In this document: piece by piece, positions 51,852 through 64,000 of the stretch | Position numbering within the stretch: position 1 is the first letter of the stretch | How the letters are laid out: each line of letters starts with the position of its first letter | NCBI GenBank assembly: GCA_964016885.1 | Contig: OZ024743.1 | Coordinates: 249,674,001 to 249,738,000, forward strand | Length of the DNA stretch: 64,000 bases | Direction: 5' to 3' | DNA from: Eledone cirrhosa | Lineage: Eukaryota | Notes under the pieces: generated by a model | Seen by the model: the letters and a program-made list of their open reading frames with translations, nothing else | What the model was told of the DNA's origin: nothing | Databases searched by the model: none | Position numbers and translations under genes: made by a program

Positions 51852-53041
51852 CACCTCTTAGCCATAATAAAGTATATTTTAACTTTGCTTTGGTATAAGT
51901 ACTCATTCTTACGCCCATCAGTATCACATGAATGCATATATATGTGTGTGTGTGTACGTGTGTGTGTGTGTGTGTGTATGTGTGTGTATATGTCCCTGCC
52001 TATGTTTATATTGCGTTTGTGTCTGTATATATATATCCCGTAACTTAGTTGTTCCACAAAGAAGAGGTCAGTAAAATAAGTACCAGATTTGAGAAAAATA
52101 AGTACTGGGGTCAATATGATCAACTAAATCAAGACAGTGCTCCAGAATGGCCAGATATTAATGATTGAAGCCAGTAAAAGAAAAAGAGTTAATGAATATA
52201 GAAATTTATATATATTCTTATATTCTTTTAAAGGTTCTACTGGTTTCAGTCATTAGATTGTGGCCATGTTGGAGCACCACCTTAAAGATATTTATTCAAT
52301 CATATCATCCATAATACTTATTTCTTCAAGTCTAGTACCTACTTCATAAAGTAGCAAAGTGGCAAAGTTGTTAGAATGTCAGATGGAGTTCAATTCTCTT
52401 TGAGATCGACTTTTCCTTTCATTCTTTCAAGGTTGGTAAATAAAATACCTGTTCAGTAATAGAGCTGATTTTACTTCCATACTGTTTTCTCCTCACCCCC
52501 GCCCTCTCTCTCTCTCTCCTTCTCTGGGGGAAATTAGCTATTTTCAGACATAGAGAAAGAATAGGCCCTGCAGGCTTTAAAGAACCCGTACAACTCCACC
52601 AGGAGTTACAAGTCCAGACATACACACACACATCCATCCATATATATACATATATCCATCCATCCATGCACACATTTTTTAAAATCCCATAATTCCTTTT
52701 GGGGGTCATAGATGCAGTGTCATGTGGTGTGTCTAAGGCACTTTTAAAGCCTGGTGGAGCCCAACCCTGTGCATGTTTGAACACAGGTGATTTTTTCTAT
52801 AGAGGAAGAATTGACCTCATTACTGGACTAGTACTATTTTTATTGACCTCAAAAGGATGAAAGGCAAAGTTGGCCATGGCGGGATTTGAACTCAGAGCGT
52901 GCAGTGAGGTGGGACGAATACTGTAAAGCATTCTATCCAATGTCTTAATGAATCTGCCAATTTGCTGCCTTACATACATACCTATTTCATATAAGATATT
53001 AACAAAAAGTAAAGGAATGGAAGATTTTTTTTCTATTACAG

Positions 53042-53213
53042 TGCTAGAGTGTGTTACACAAGATTCCAAAATGACCCTGAATTTTGCTATGAATGGAATA
53101 TTTGCAATTGGTGAAATAATTTTGGCTGGTGTGGCATATCTACTTTGGGATTGGAAACATCTAATCATTGCTGCATATATGCCACATGCTCTACTGCTTA
53201 TTGTAGGATTGAA
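53042..53213 (+). CDS. SLC22 exon (LLECV...AYLLWDWKHL...GLK), 172 nt
   Basis: ctattacag| and AA|gtaggt. AYxxxDW(R/K)xL motif of SLC22 TM5-6. Confidence 0.9.
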
Positions 53214-53519
53214 GTAGGTATATTTTGTTATATGTAACATATAATATATACAGTATATCTTTTGAATAACACACACACACACACATATATATGTGTGTGT
53301 GTGTCTGTCTCTGTATGTGTCTGTGTAATCAGCTTCCTATGACATCACTACCTCAATGATATATGATAGAGCAATGTTGGGGGATGCTCTCTTGTGTGTA
53401 GAACCCCAGATGCAAGTTGCCCCATGGTCCCACCAGATAGAAAAAAGAAATCTATATAATGGAGGATAGTGAAGGAGTCCTATTGAAATAGCCATTCAAA
53501 TTCACAGGGACAACTTGTG

Positions 53520-53850
53520 AGTGGTTAACTCCACCTCAGTAGCAGTTAGTAGGGAGGTAGTATGACGATACAGAACATCAGAAGTCTCTACTGCTACAGG
53601 TTTAACAAGAAACAAGTTCTTTTCATGGGGCTCACTCTTGCGGGTGGCCAACTCGCCCCAATAACAGTGAGTAGGGTGGTAGTCCAGGGACCCAGGACAC
53701 CTAAAGTCATCACTGCTACAGGTTCAAAAAGAAACCAGTCTATTTCATGGGGCTCACTCATGCAAGTGGCCAACTCTGCCTTAATAACAGTAAGTGGGGA
53801 GGTGGTATGAGGACTCACAACATCAGAAGTCCCCCACCACTATAAGTTTA
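53520..53850. repeat. Diverged tandem repeat, ~120-bp unit x2.5
   Basis: actgctacaggtt...tttcatggggctcactc...gtggccaactc...aataacagt recurs. Confidence 0.7.
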
Positions 53851-54125
53851 ATGTTAAATCTATCAAAAAGCGGTTGATATTTAAACAGTTTGCGATCTTC
53901 AGCTTCTCGTGTAATAAAACTTGGGTGTGTCACAGAATATACCTGGTTACTGCTGGAAAAAGAGTTGTTACATGTGTCCTAGATTACCTGGCTGGAGAAA
54001 ATGTGGGAGCTTGAAGGAGAACACTATATATGAAGAGTGTGTAGTTTGTAGCAAAAACTCAGCTATATATAATATATATATTATATCTGTTTTTAGATTA
54101 TGTTACTGTCTTCAAATAACACATC

Positions 54126-54190
<65 letters not shown>

Positions 54191-54249
54191 ATGTGTATGC
54201 GTGTTAATATGTATGTATGTATGTGTGCTATCTCTTTCTCTTAATTTTG

Positions 54250-57200
54250 AGTATATTTTTGACTGGCCACCTTCCTGGTGGCAAGGTTGTAAAAGAAAAG
54301 AAATTGTCATCCCTTGAATCACAAGTATGTTTTACAAATTTTGAAGGTGTCAGCTATCGCAACCATTTGTAGACTATGAATTAGGGAGCTGCGCTCTTTG
54401 TCTGCAAATCCATGTTCAGTTATACATTGGTCCAAGCAGGTTGGTATATAACCCGTAGCTCCAATAATGATGGGTATGAAGCTAAAGGTGTATCTTGGAT
54501 ACTGGATTTGTAAATTCCTCATCAATGGTCCGTAGATGTCCTCCTTCTCCTGTATTTTTCTGACAACGTTTACATCAAGTGGGCTGCTGATCTCCACAAC
54601 AGAACACGTTTTTAATCTGTGGTCCCAAACAACAATATCAGGCCGATTGTGCTTTAATTTGGTGGCAGTTTTTATTTTCAGGTTCCACCAGTATTCCTTA
54701 GTGCCATCTGTCTCAATATATTCTTCCTCGTTTATTGTTAATTTTGTTTTCCGAAGTGCGTTCCAGATGGTTCTAGCTGTCCCATCGTGTCTCATGGGGG
54801 GGTAGTAGTGAGATGACATTCTTTCGCAGCTGGCAACAATGTGGCTTACATCCTCAATCTTTGTTTTACATAGCCTACATTTATTGTCAGCTGATGGCCC
54901 TCCCCTTTTGTGCAGCAGATGTTTGGTAGGGAGTTCTTGTTCCTGTATTGCATAGAGATATCCCTCAAGGTGTGATGTCATAAACTTGTCGGAACTCCAT
55001 GCCAGGCTTTTTGAGTTATTTATCCCCTCTATGGACTGTATCTTACATCTCAAGTATCCATGCACAACTTTTTCTGTAAATTGGTCAATTTTTTCATCTT
55101 GTTTGAACATTGAATAGGATCTTCCGATTTCTCTGGGTGAGAGATTTATATCAGGCTTTATTCCATATCTCTCCTCCAGATCAGTGGCTATTCTAATGAT
55201 ATTTTTTTTTTCATGCTCATAAACCTGGGCAAGATGGTTGCCAACCTTTTTCCTCTGTTGAAGATGTTGCTTCAGTGTTACTATCCGGGTCTCATATGAT
55301 GTTAATATGGATTTTAGACCCCGGCCACCTTCCTTGCATGAGAAGTATAGCCTATCCACATCACCATTGATGTTAAAGTTCCCAGTAACACTGAGAAGTT
55401 TGCGAGTTCTAACATCCATCTCACTTAGTTCTTGCAATGACCAGTTCAGCAGGCCAAATGTTGGCATTAGAATTGGCACAGCATAAGTATTGTGGGCAAT
55501 GTATTTGTTGCACGCTGACAGTTCTGATGACCATATTTTCTTTACTCTTCTGAGGTATTCAGTTCTGGTTCTCTCCTTATTTATGGGTCCATCATATCTG
55601 ACATTCTCATCCTGTCCAAGATATCTGTAGTTGTCACCTGACTGTAGAGGTTGTATTGTCAGGCCGTTCATCTCTAGATTTCTAGAGGAGGGCACAGTTC
55701 TTCCACGTTTTACTGCCAAATATGCACACTTGGACTCACCAAATTTTATTTTGATGTCTGTTGAAAATTGTGTAATGAGGTCCAATTGTTTCTTGATGTC
55801 ATTGATATTTGGCCCATACAACTTCAAGTCATCAACAAAGAAAAGATGGGAGATACTTCTGGACCCACTTCTTTGTCCACCTTGTTTCCTGAGTAGGTAA
55901 GATAGTGGATTTAGTGAGAGAACGAAGAGTAGCACTGACAAGCTATCACCCTGAAAGATGCCCTTCTGGTAATGTATCTTATCAGTCTTAACTTGCTCCT
56001 TCTCACCTCTAAGGATCAAATTGGTGTACCAGTTCTTGGTCAGACGTTCAACAGCAACTACCAGTGGTTGTGGGACTTTGGCTAACTGTAAAGCCTTAAC
56101 AATCCACCCATGAGGTACACTATCAAATGCTTTTTGATAGTCCAGCCACACCACAGTCATATTTCTGTGATTCTTTGTTGTTTTTTCTTGAATCATTTTA
56201 TTAGTTAGTAGGTGATCTATACAACCCACACCTCCCTCTTTCCACCAGCTTTCTCAGGTGTTATGATGTTGTTGGTAGCACAGTGATCCTGTAAGAACAG
56301 GTTAAGGCACCCAGTATATAATTTATACATGATGTTTTGGCAGGCTATTGGGCGGTAATTTTTAGCAAGGGTGGTTTGGCTATTTTGGGGAATGAGGAGA
56401 GTAGTGGCAGTTGATAACCATCTGGGCAGTTCTTGTGTGCCTTTAAGGGTTTCTGTAAACCAGAATGTGATCTTGCCGATAGAAAGTGAAATTCTTCAAC
56501 CAGTATCCTGTAATGAGGTCTGGGCCTGGTGATTTCCTATTCAACATTTTCTGTAGAGCTGTTTCCAGTATTGACCCATCTATGTCATATTGTTTTGTCT
56601 GGACATGTTGGCAGTAGTCCTGTTCCAGTTCTTTTAGCCAATTAGTTTGTCTGTTGAATCCATCATCTGTTTCCCATACAGATCTCCAGTAGCTCTCAAC
56701 CTGTTCTTTTGAAAGGGTGTCATTTACAGAGATTGAGCTTTTGCCACCGAAGCTGCGATAAACTGATTTAGGATCTCTGGCAAACAATCTATTTAGCACT
56801 TGTCGTTTATGTGCTGTTGACTTATATTTTAGTCTTTCTGTTGTAGCTGTGAGTTGTTGTTTCAACTGGTGTAATTTGGAGTTTAAAGTTTTAAATTTTG
56901 TATCTCCAAATCATCTCTCTAACTTTTTTTTTAGGTCTTCCTGGTGTCATGTGAAGTTGCTCTCTATGTTGCATTTCATAACGACTGCGATGTGTGAGAT
57001 ACTTTGTCTCAGGGACAAAATTTTGCTTTTTAAATTTCGCATCCATGCTGGTTCAGGCTTTTTGTTTGTATCTTGATTGCGTGGTTTTAGATGTTTGTTA
57101 TATGATAGCAATATGACAGCTGAAACATATAACAAAATGTTAAGCGTTTCAAATGTCGTTTCTACACCTTTAGATCGTATAGCCTTCAGATAATTGTCAG

Positions 57201-57698
57201 CTATTTCGTTCACCGCTTCCAATTCCAATTTAGTGGGTTCTTTACTGATTCTGGTGTTGTATGGTCTGTCACTCTGATTAAGGCTGTGTATCTATTGAAA
57301 CATTTCGTCCCATATCACTTGTAAGGTGTCCACAAGTTTTTGGTGTTCTGTTTGTACAGTAGAGTCATGAATTTCAGCCTCGTTGTTAATGTGACAATTA
57401 CTACTAGAGTTAGCTGACCTTTCTCGCTGTTCTTCAGTGGAAGTGGGATGGATTTCAGCAAAATTGTTGGTGAGCTGTTCACTGTTAGATTTAGCTGGCC
57501 ATTCTCTTTGTCTGTTAGTGGAGGTGGGGTGGTTGTCTACAAGGGCTGTATTTGTAGTATCACTCAATTCCGTTAGATGTATCAATTTACATCTAATGAT
57601 ACGTTTTGCCTGTTAATTTAAATGCTTTGGAGAAAAGTCTAATTCTGGGTGTTTGGAGTTCCATAAAGTTTTTAGCCTTTGCATAAAACCGAACTTTT
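54250..57698 (-). mobile_element. R4/Dong-like RLE LINE, third family, degraded, 5' end interrupted by an RTE-derived element
   Basis: KSPGPD, WLDYQKAFDSV, GIFQGDSLS, FFVDDLKL, CRLCKTKIEDVSHIVASC, RHD, NRPDIVV...VEISSP. Confidence 0.88.
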
Positions 57699-57753
57699 GT
57701 ATGTATGTATGTATGTATGTATGTATGTATGTATGTATGTATGTATGTATATA

Positions 57754-58363
57754 TGTCAGGTCACCAGTTGGTGCTACTGGTAACATGTATCCCAGTACAA
57801 CCTGTCCCATGGTCGGGTCGTTGGCGACTAAACTGGCAACCCTACCAAGGTTTCTTGGTGAGGAGGGTGACTTTGGACATCCTGCAAGACTAAAAACAAA
57901 ACCTGTCAAAGGGCAAAGGAGCTCTTAAGAGTCAATGGCCATCCAAAATCACCGGGAGAGATGACCCCTTAGCCTTTGTCAAGGCAGAATTCTAGGAGAA
58001 GGAAAACTCTGATATAACACCTGCAACCCTGATTGTATCCAATGATGTTGACTTGTTCTTCTTTTTGGTAAATATCATCTTGGTTAAGAGAGTGGGACTG
58101 GCTTTGTGCAGTGCCTTTGCTCACTATAAAAGCTTCACGGCTCAGGCATTGCTTTATATCTGGAGATCTCTCTGCACTTGTCGTCACATGGTACCATGGG
58201 CCCAGCACTATGTGTCAATAATTGTCGCAAGTGTAGTGTTTGTACCAGAGTTTTCAAGTCGCTGGCTGGACTAAAAAGTCACACTCATTCAGCGCATCAG
58301 TAGGAGTTCTTCTACATGGATATAAAGTAGTGGCCGTACTCGAAAACGAGTTGGCAGCCACCA
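57754..58363 (+). mobile_element. Non-autonomous bipartite RTE-derived element, complete copy in (GTAT)n
   Basis: Near-identical to 18796-19402. Confidence 0.8.
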
Positions 58364-58599
58364 TGTATGTATGTATGTTTGTATGTATGTGTGCATGTAT
58401 GTATGTACATATGTATATATACAACACACACACACACATATATATATATATAGAGAGAGAGAACATTGAAGTAGGTATATCTTATATAATATACGAGTTA
58501 ATATATAATATATCATACAATATACAATATATATTTTGATATAATAATATATGATATATTAATTAACTGACCATCCTTAAATGTTAATTTACTTGGCAG

Positions 58600-58854
58600 G
58601 TACCTTCCTGAATCTCCCAGATGGCTTCTTAATCAGAAGAAATTTGAAGAAGTTGCAAAGTTATTTAACAAAATAGCATCAACAAATGGTATTGAGGATG
58701 ACAATATGGTGGAAAATCTTATTCAGAAAATTCAAAGAGAAGCTGAAAATAAATCAAAGTTGGATGTCGAAGTTGATGACAAGACATACACAACACTTGA
58801 TTTATTGAAAAAACCTCGGAGAGCTATGATTTCTTTAAACCTTTGGTTTAGCTG
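58600..58854 (+). CDS. SLC22 exon (YLPESPRWLL...TTLDLLKKP...LWFSW)
   Basis: ttggcag| and TG|gtaaat. PESPRWL motif and DL(F/L) motif of the large cytoplasmic loop. Confidence 0.93.
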
Positions 58855-60199
58855 GTAAATATTTTATGATGTTACTAGAAATGGTAAACATCTATGACAA
58901 TATTCTATAGCAATATGTATGATGTACTTTGATATGTAATATCTATACCAATATCTAAATGGAAAGGAACCTATTCATTGTATACTAGCAGAAATACTGC
59001 CTAGGGATCAGTAATTTCAGCTAGTATATATGTTACTAGCAAAGTGGAACACTAGGTATAGTATTACTATGCATTTTACACAGAATGTCTAAAACTTCAA
59101 GGCAAGGTATTAATAACATATTTGATCCTGCGGTTTGGCAGTATCGGTAGAGTGTCAGACACCATGCTTTGCAGCATAGTTATGGCCCTTTGCATTCTGA
59201 GTTCAAATCTGCCGAGGTTAACTTTGCCTTTTATCCTTGCGAGGTCGATAAAATAAAGTACCAGTGATGCACTGGGGTAATCGCTGGCCTTGTGCCAAAA
59301 GTAGAAACTCTATATACAGTCAACAGGGTCTACTGGTCAAGACCCTGCCAACAGCATATAATGTGACATGACTTATTCCCGTGGCCACTCAGCCTTTCCA
59401 CTAACAATTTCTAACTGTTATCCCCACAATCACTACACACTCCCACTCCAGCCATGTCACTTCCAATATCACTCCTTAGCTGCTACCCCCTCTAAAGCCC
59501 TTAGATGCCTTCACTATTGCAGCCTAATAGATACCCTCTTCATTCCAACGCACCCCACCTATGACTCCCTTCACCATTACTCCTTAGCTATTCTCTCCAC
59601 CACTACACTTCTCCTTCCTGACACTGGTGAGTGCCTTCCCCCTTGTGCTATTGACCAAACTATCCATGCCCTCCATCATCATCTCCCCTTTGGTGTTCTC
59701 ACCACTGCTTCCTCTTCCCACTATGCCATCAAAAACCAGCCCCTCCCCTTCCATACTCATAACCCTGTCAACTCATACGATACTTGCCACAACTTCATAC
59801 TTATCTCCCTTGTATTACCCCCTCCTCTACAGAGCAGAGAAGGCTTTTCTATTAGACAAGGACCAAAGACTTGTAAAGTGGTTGGTGACAGGAAGGGCAT
59901 GCTGCCATAGAAAATATGCCTTAAAAAGGGTTGAGAGAATCCTTCAGTTGTGACATGGTGTGACAACTTTTCTAGTGTTGGTAAAGTTGTTGGTGATAAG
60001 AAGGGCATCCTAGAATGCTTGCCACACAAAGGGTTGGGAGGACACTTCAGTTGTATCAAAACATGACTCTGTAGAATGTGTGACCATATGTAAGCAAAAT
60101 GCAGAACCTCTGGCCTATCTGGGAGGTTAGTAAACCCGATTCACTACAGACTTGGTCTACCTATCCAACCCTTGCTAGCAGGGAAAACGGATGTTAAAT

Positions 60200-61570
60200 G
60201 ATGCTTTTCCATGCTTGCATAGGCTGGATGGTCTTTCTCAGCACAGCATCTCTCCCCAAGTTGCGATCCTTTGTCATCAACTCTGTGAGTCTCAGTGATT
60301 TGAGGTCAGCTCTGACAACCTCTGACAATCTTGGTCTGCCTCTACTGCAGCTTCCTTCCACTGGCATTTCCTGGCACTTCAACCAACTATCATTGTCCAT
60401 GTGCATCACATGTCCAAACTAATGCAGTCTTCTCTCCTGCACACCATCTTGGATTCTTCTTAAACCCAGCTTCCTCCTCAACTCATCCAAGTTCTGTCTT
60501 TCTCTCACACTTACATTGACATCCAATGGAGCATGGTTGCTTCAATTCTCTCCAGTCAATGCATATCCTATGCAGTCACTGCCCATGCTTCACTACCATG
60601 CAGCATCGTATTTTGCACACAGGCACCATACAGCTGTCCTTTTGAATGTAAGGAAAGGCCTTTCTTGGTCAACAGTGGGAGTAGCTCTTTGAACTTTTTC
60701 CATCCTATCCTTATTCTAGCTATTATGCTCTCAGAGCACCCTCCTCCATTACTAATTACATTGCTTAGATAGAAGAAGCTATCAACCACTTCTATGGGTC
60801 CTTTCTGTGACTTTTTACATTGTGTACATCTTATAGAGTTTATGCCTACTCCTTTTCTACATACTGAGCAGGGCCACTGCCCTGAAGGAATCGGGGGTCC
60901 TGTCTTCTCTCCTACTCACAAGCACTTTAGTTTTGGCTAAGTTTACTCTCAGGCATTTAAATTCTAAATTCTGTTTCCATAGTCAGAACTTATTTTCTAG
61001 ATCTTTAATGGATTTGGCTATGATAACCAGATCATCTGCATAGAGAAGTTCCCATAGACAGCCGGTCATAAACTCCCCTGTTATAGCCTGGAGAACTATA
61101 ATGAATAGTAGTGGGCTAACAACCTGACCTCGATGAATTCTTACCTGTACCTTGAATTCCTCACTAAACTCATTTCCTACTCTCACTTTGCTGACATCTC
61201 CTGGTGAGAGCAGTGCAAGCCATGTACAGCATGGCTTGCACTGCTCTCACCAACTATTCTTCTATGCCTAATTTCCTTAAGGACCACCAGATAATAGATT
61301 GGGGGTACTCTGTAAATGTCTTCCTAAGTCAATGAAAGCTAGGTATAGTGGCTTATATTTTGCTAAGAACTTCTCTTGTAGTTGCTTCACTAAAAAGAAG
61401 GAATCTGTAATACTTTTCCCAGACATGAAAACAAACTGCATCTTGTCTAATTTGACTCTTTCTCTAATTAATTGGGCTATAAATTTCTACCACTTTCAAA
61501 TCTTGGTCCATATGTTTTATTCCTCTATAGTTGCTCCTTTCTAGGGCATCATCTTTACCCTTATAGCAAT
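60200..61570 (-). mobile_element. RTE/RTEX-like LINE fragment, degraded
   Basis: SPLLFIIVLQAIT, LLYADDLV, GWKKFKELLP, SRGRPR. Confidence 0.8.
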
Positions 61571-61857
61571 TTACGTTTGTACTGCTGCACCAGCCATTGG
61601 GTATGGCTCCATCCTGTGTTACCTGGCTGACTATGCAGGTTACTAGTTTGACTCTTACTTCTCCCAGAGAGAGAGAGAGGGGGGGGGGGATAGACAGGCA
61701 TACATGAATTGACAGATGGACAAACAGACAGATAGATAGCTAGATAGATAGATGAATGGATGGATAAGTATTCTGGATATATATTAAATGATTTAACTTT
61801 CAAATAAGGTTTGTTAATCAACAGTAATATTTTTCAATACTACCATTTATATTAAAT

Positions 61858-62241
61858 GTTTGTCAACATTATTTTGTACAACATTACAGGTGTGTCAACA
61901 ATATATTCTACTATATTACAGGTGTGTCAACAATATATTCTACTATATTACAGGTGTGTCAACAATATATTCTACTATATTACAGGTGTGTCAACAATAT
62001 ATTCTACTATATTACAGGTGTGTCAACAATATATTCTACTATATTACAGGTGTGTCAACAATATATTCTACTATATTACAGGTGTGTCAACAATATATTC
62101 TACTATATTACAGGTGTGTCAACAATATATTCTACTATATTACAGGTGTGTCAACAATATATTCTACTATATTACAGGTGTGTCAACAATGTATTCTACT
62201 ATATTACAAGTTTGTCAACAATATATTCTACTATATTACAG
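61858..62241 (+). repeat. Minisatellite, 32-bp unit (gtgtgtcaacaatatattctactatattacag) x ~12, ending at the SLC22 acceptor
   Basis: cag|g junctions at 61887, 61919, 61951 ... 62175, (caag 62207), 62239, all spaced 32 bp. Confidence 0.97.
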
Positions 62242-62456
62242 GTGCATCACCAGTATGTTGTACTATGGAGTGACACTAAATTCTGTTGATATGTCAGGCA
62301 ATCAATATATAAACTTCCTGTTGATGTCAGTTGTAGAAATTCCAGCCAATATTCTTGGATGCATATTATTCTATTGGTTTGGTCATCGTAAACCATTGTG
62401 TGCCCTCATGATATTTGCAGGAATCAACTGCATAGTCTCAAATTTTGTGACAAAAG
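62242..62456 (+). CDS. SLC22 exon (CITSMLYYGVTLN...VEIPA...FGHRKP...FVTK), 215 nt
   Basis: attacag| and G|gtaaaa. YYG, GNxY.NF and VEIPA motifs. The acceptor is the last unit of a 32-bp tandem array. Confidence 0.9.
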
Positions 62457-63265
62457 GTAAAAAATGTATGATTCTTAGTACTATTAGACTTTCATTTTTA
62501 AGTATTATCATCATCCTCTTCATCATCATCATTTTATGCCTGTTTTTCGTGCTGGCATAGGTTAAACAGGGGGTCATGGTCTGAGACAAGACAGCTTGGA
62601 GACCCACATCTTGTTTATATGTTCCCTATTTTGCTATGGTTTCTACGGTTGGATGCTCTTCAGAACATCAACTACTTTACAGATTGTACAGGGTACATTT
62701 TATCATGGCTCCAACACTACAATCAAATTTTCACAAATCAATGTTTGTCTTTCATTTAATTGTTTCATGAAATTTAAATCTAAAATTAAAGCAACTCTCT
62801 TAGAGCAGATCCTGAAAGAGTCTCAATGTCGATAATGGATTGAAATCAATACTGTGGGCAGGGGATCACTTGTTGGAAGTATAGGGGTCAGTGGTATCAT
62901 GTAGGCGGAAGAACAACCGACATGGTCACGCTCTTCTCTTTTGGACCATGGCATCAAACAGACATGATTGCTGTGTAAGCTTGAGTATATGTTGATAGGT
63001 TCTGGCCACAGATTAGGTGGGTATATTTCCCGTCTGGACAAGATCAACAATAGGAGAGGATCCACAAGGATGGTGAGCTATCCATTTTCTCTTACAACAA
63101 ATACATTGAGGAATTATGTTCAGGATAATTTGAACTCTACTGTAAGCAGAAATAACAGTAAAAAAAACAAGCATTTAGAATGATTTGGTCTTATCCTAGT
63201 GTTAGTGTTTGATAGATGGACAAAAAATGGTGTATAATCATTATAATATACAATTTTTTCTTCAG

Positions 63266-63374
63266 ACAATATTTGGATTCCTCTGATATTGGTTGTTTTG
63301 GGAAAACTGGGTGCCACAGCATCATTTAATGGTCTTTTCTTGACATCAGCAGAACTATTCCCTACAGTAGTACG
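63266..63374 (+). CDS. SLC22 exon (DNIWIPL...LGKLG...SAELFPTVVR), 109 nt; the gene continues beyond the window
   Basis: ttcttcag| and CG|gtaggt. GK and AELFPTVVR signature motifs. Confidence 0.93.
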
Positions 63375-63575
63375 GTAGGTGTTGCTTTTTACTATTTTAC
63401 ATACACACACACACACACACATATATATATATCAAATTAAAAAGTGGAGTTAAAGATCCACAATCATCTCCCATAATTTGTAGTTAATATGTTCCTCACA
63501 CTGATGGTTCCAAATGCCATATGACTGAACACATATCTCTGTATACTTCTCTCTATATGCTGATTTATATATATT

Positions 63576-64000
63576 CGAGGTGTGTCAGAAAAGTTCCAGG
63601 ACTGATGTCACAAAAGATTTATTTCAAACCCAAACTTCACACAAGAGTTTTCTCCTTCAAAGTAATACCCTTGGAGTCTAATGCACTTTTCCATCCTTTT
63701 CTGCCATGCACTCCTGGAAGGATTCTTCCGGGATTCTCTGCAGTTCCGTCGTCACAGCCTTTTTGATGTCGTCCACGTCTTCAAAATAGGCCCCCTCCGG
63801 GTCGTACTCGAAGATCCATGACTCATCTCCGGTGATGACTATCCCTAGCAAGTCTGGTTCGATTTCAAGACCCTTCTGGTCATCGTTCAGCAGTTTTGGC
63901 ACCATCTTCGCGCAGACTTTCCGCATGTCCAAATCTTCAGTGAGAATCTTCCAGACGCTGTCCCGATTCATGCCCAGCTCATTTGCCATCAGTCGAACAG
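63576..64000 (-). mobile_element. Mariner (Tc1/mariner) transposon, internally deleted, running off the window
   Basis: TIR-like cgaggtgtgtcagaaaagttcc after a TA run. Peptide LTEDLDMRKVCAKMVPKLL...TGDESWIFEYDPE fused to the C-terminal FEDVDDIK. Confidence 0.88.

Noticed and set aside
57760-57840. HDV-like ribozyme at the 5' end of the RTE-derived element (gtcg-ttgg-cgac-taa-actgg resembles P4-J4/2-P2)
   Set aside because: I could not assemble P1, P3 and L3 consistently by eye; a descriptor search would be needed.
61858-62241. CRISPR-like array (32-bp repeats)
   Set aside because: The repeats are contiguous with no spacers, there are no cas genes, and the context is a eukaryotic intron.

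Overview
Eukaryotic, AT-rich, microsatellite-laden genomic DNA. The SINE/LINE repertoire suggests a cephalopod (Octopus-like) genome, which is an inference. One host gene is visible: a + strand SLC22 (organic cation/anion transporter, MFS) gene with seven phase-compatible GT-AG coding exons (17291-63374), a possible upstream ATG exon at 4928, and further exons expected beyond the window. Its introns, especially the ~29 kb one at 17668-46632, are filled with mobile DNA. These include two Penelope-like (GIY-YIG) elements, R4/Dong-type RLE LINEs (one with an intact 1130-aa ORF), Tx1/L1-type, RTE and CR1-type LINEs, several SINE families, a non-autonomous Helitron-like element, a mariner remnant and fold-back palindromes. 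The most unusual observations are: (1) an ~11-12x tandem array of a 32-nt GT...AG unit that multiplies the 3' splice site of one SLC22 exon, a possible recursive or alternative splicing ladder; (2) a near-canonical type I hammerhead ribozyme on the sense strand of an SLC22 intron, plus several variant hammerhead-like motifs in Penelope-related repeats; (3) long inverted repeats able to form dsRNA in the pre-mRNA; (4) a Penelope element carrying a compositionally foreign but homologous patch. Repeat boundaries were read by eye and are approximate.
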